Shown here piece by piece: positions 62,913 to 64,000 of a DNA stretch of 64,000 nucleotides. Positions within the stretch are counted from its first letter, which is position 1; each line of letters begins with the position of its first letter. Position numbers and translations under genes: made by a program. This DNA comes from Terriglobia bacterium (GTDB lineage: Bacteria > Acidobacteriota > Terriglobia > Bryobacterales > UBA6623), in NCBI GenBank assembly GCA_963824095.1, contig CAWGNS010000009.1:348272-412271 (forward strand), given 5' to 3'. The notes below the pieces were generated by a model, which was not told the origin of the DNA, did not search any database, and was given only the letters and a program-made list of their open reading frames with translations.

Positions 62913-62916
<4 letters not shown>
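61075..62916 (+). CDS. korA: 2-oxoacid:ferredoxin oxidoreductase, alpha (fused gamma-alpha) subunit
   Basis: FSIQVATVNGSGSQTANLVL (gamma-like), then IIEGNAAAALGAMFAGVSVVTWYPITPSS, GPGISLMSEF, IDVQRMGPSTGLPT. Confidence 0.9.
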
Positions 62917-63965
<1,049 letters not shown>

Positions 63966-64000
63966 CGGTTATTTCCGAAAACAACGAAACGAAAACGGCC

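Overview
GC-rich bacterial chromosomal segment with strong GC3 codon bias and long arginine-rich antisense shadow ORFs throughout. By my annotation about 49 genes or pseudogenes cover roughly four fifths of the window. I found no rRNA, tRNA, CRISPR array, transposase or integrase. A CarboxypepD_reg-type TonB-dependent receptor, a Solibacter-type (TIGR03437-like) Ig-repeat protein and several outer-membrane barrels suggest an Acidobacteriota-like diderm; this is inference only. Core metabolism: a pgi-gnd-zwf-tkt operon (40.7-47.0 kb, minus), korAB (61.1-64.0 kb), hisG plus a HisS/HisZ-like gene, dut, and an alpha-carbonic anhydrase. Transport: MscS, APC permease, ABC-2 exporter, SLC13/TrkA-C and ArsB/NhaD permeases. 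Signalling: HD-GYP, MCP, CdaA and a DksA-like protein. The locus I rate highest is 29.7-35.9 kb. It holds a BON / YflT-CBS / DUF3309 / BON stress operon, transcribed divergently from a dedicated sortase and its single LPSTAS-signal substrate, followed by a CdaA-YbbR fusion cyclase. Other candidates are an operon of Tat-cupredoxin, periplasm-sensing HD-GYP and an OM barrel (3.3-6.8 kb), and a PQQ dehydrogenase carrying the D-x-D motif that is translationally coupled to a dihaem cytochrome c (8.8-11.2 kb). Intergenic regions are unusually long and hold at least seven short dispersed repeat families. One family shows a compensatory hairpin change. Another consists of 8-bp CCGATCAA arrays that sit just upstream of three genes in the gene orientation. 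At least seven frame disruptions fall in accessory genes (13.6-16.6 kb, 7.46 kb, 19.6 kb), while every recognisable housekeeping gene is intact. All family calls rest on motif recognition by eye; no searches were run.
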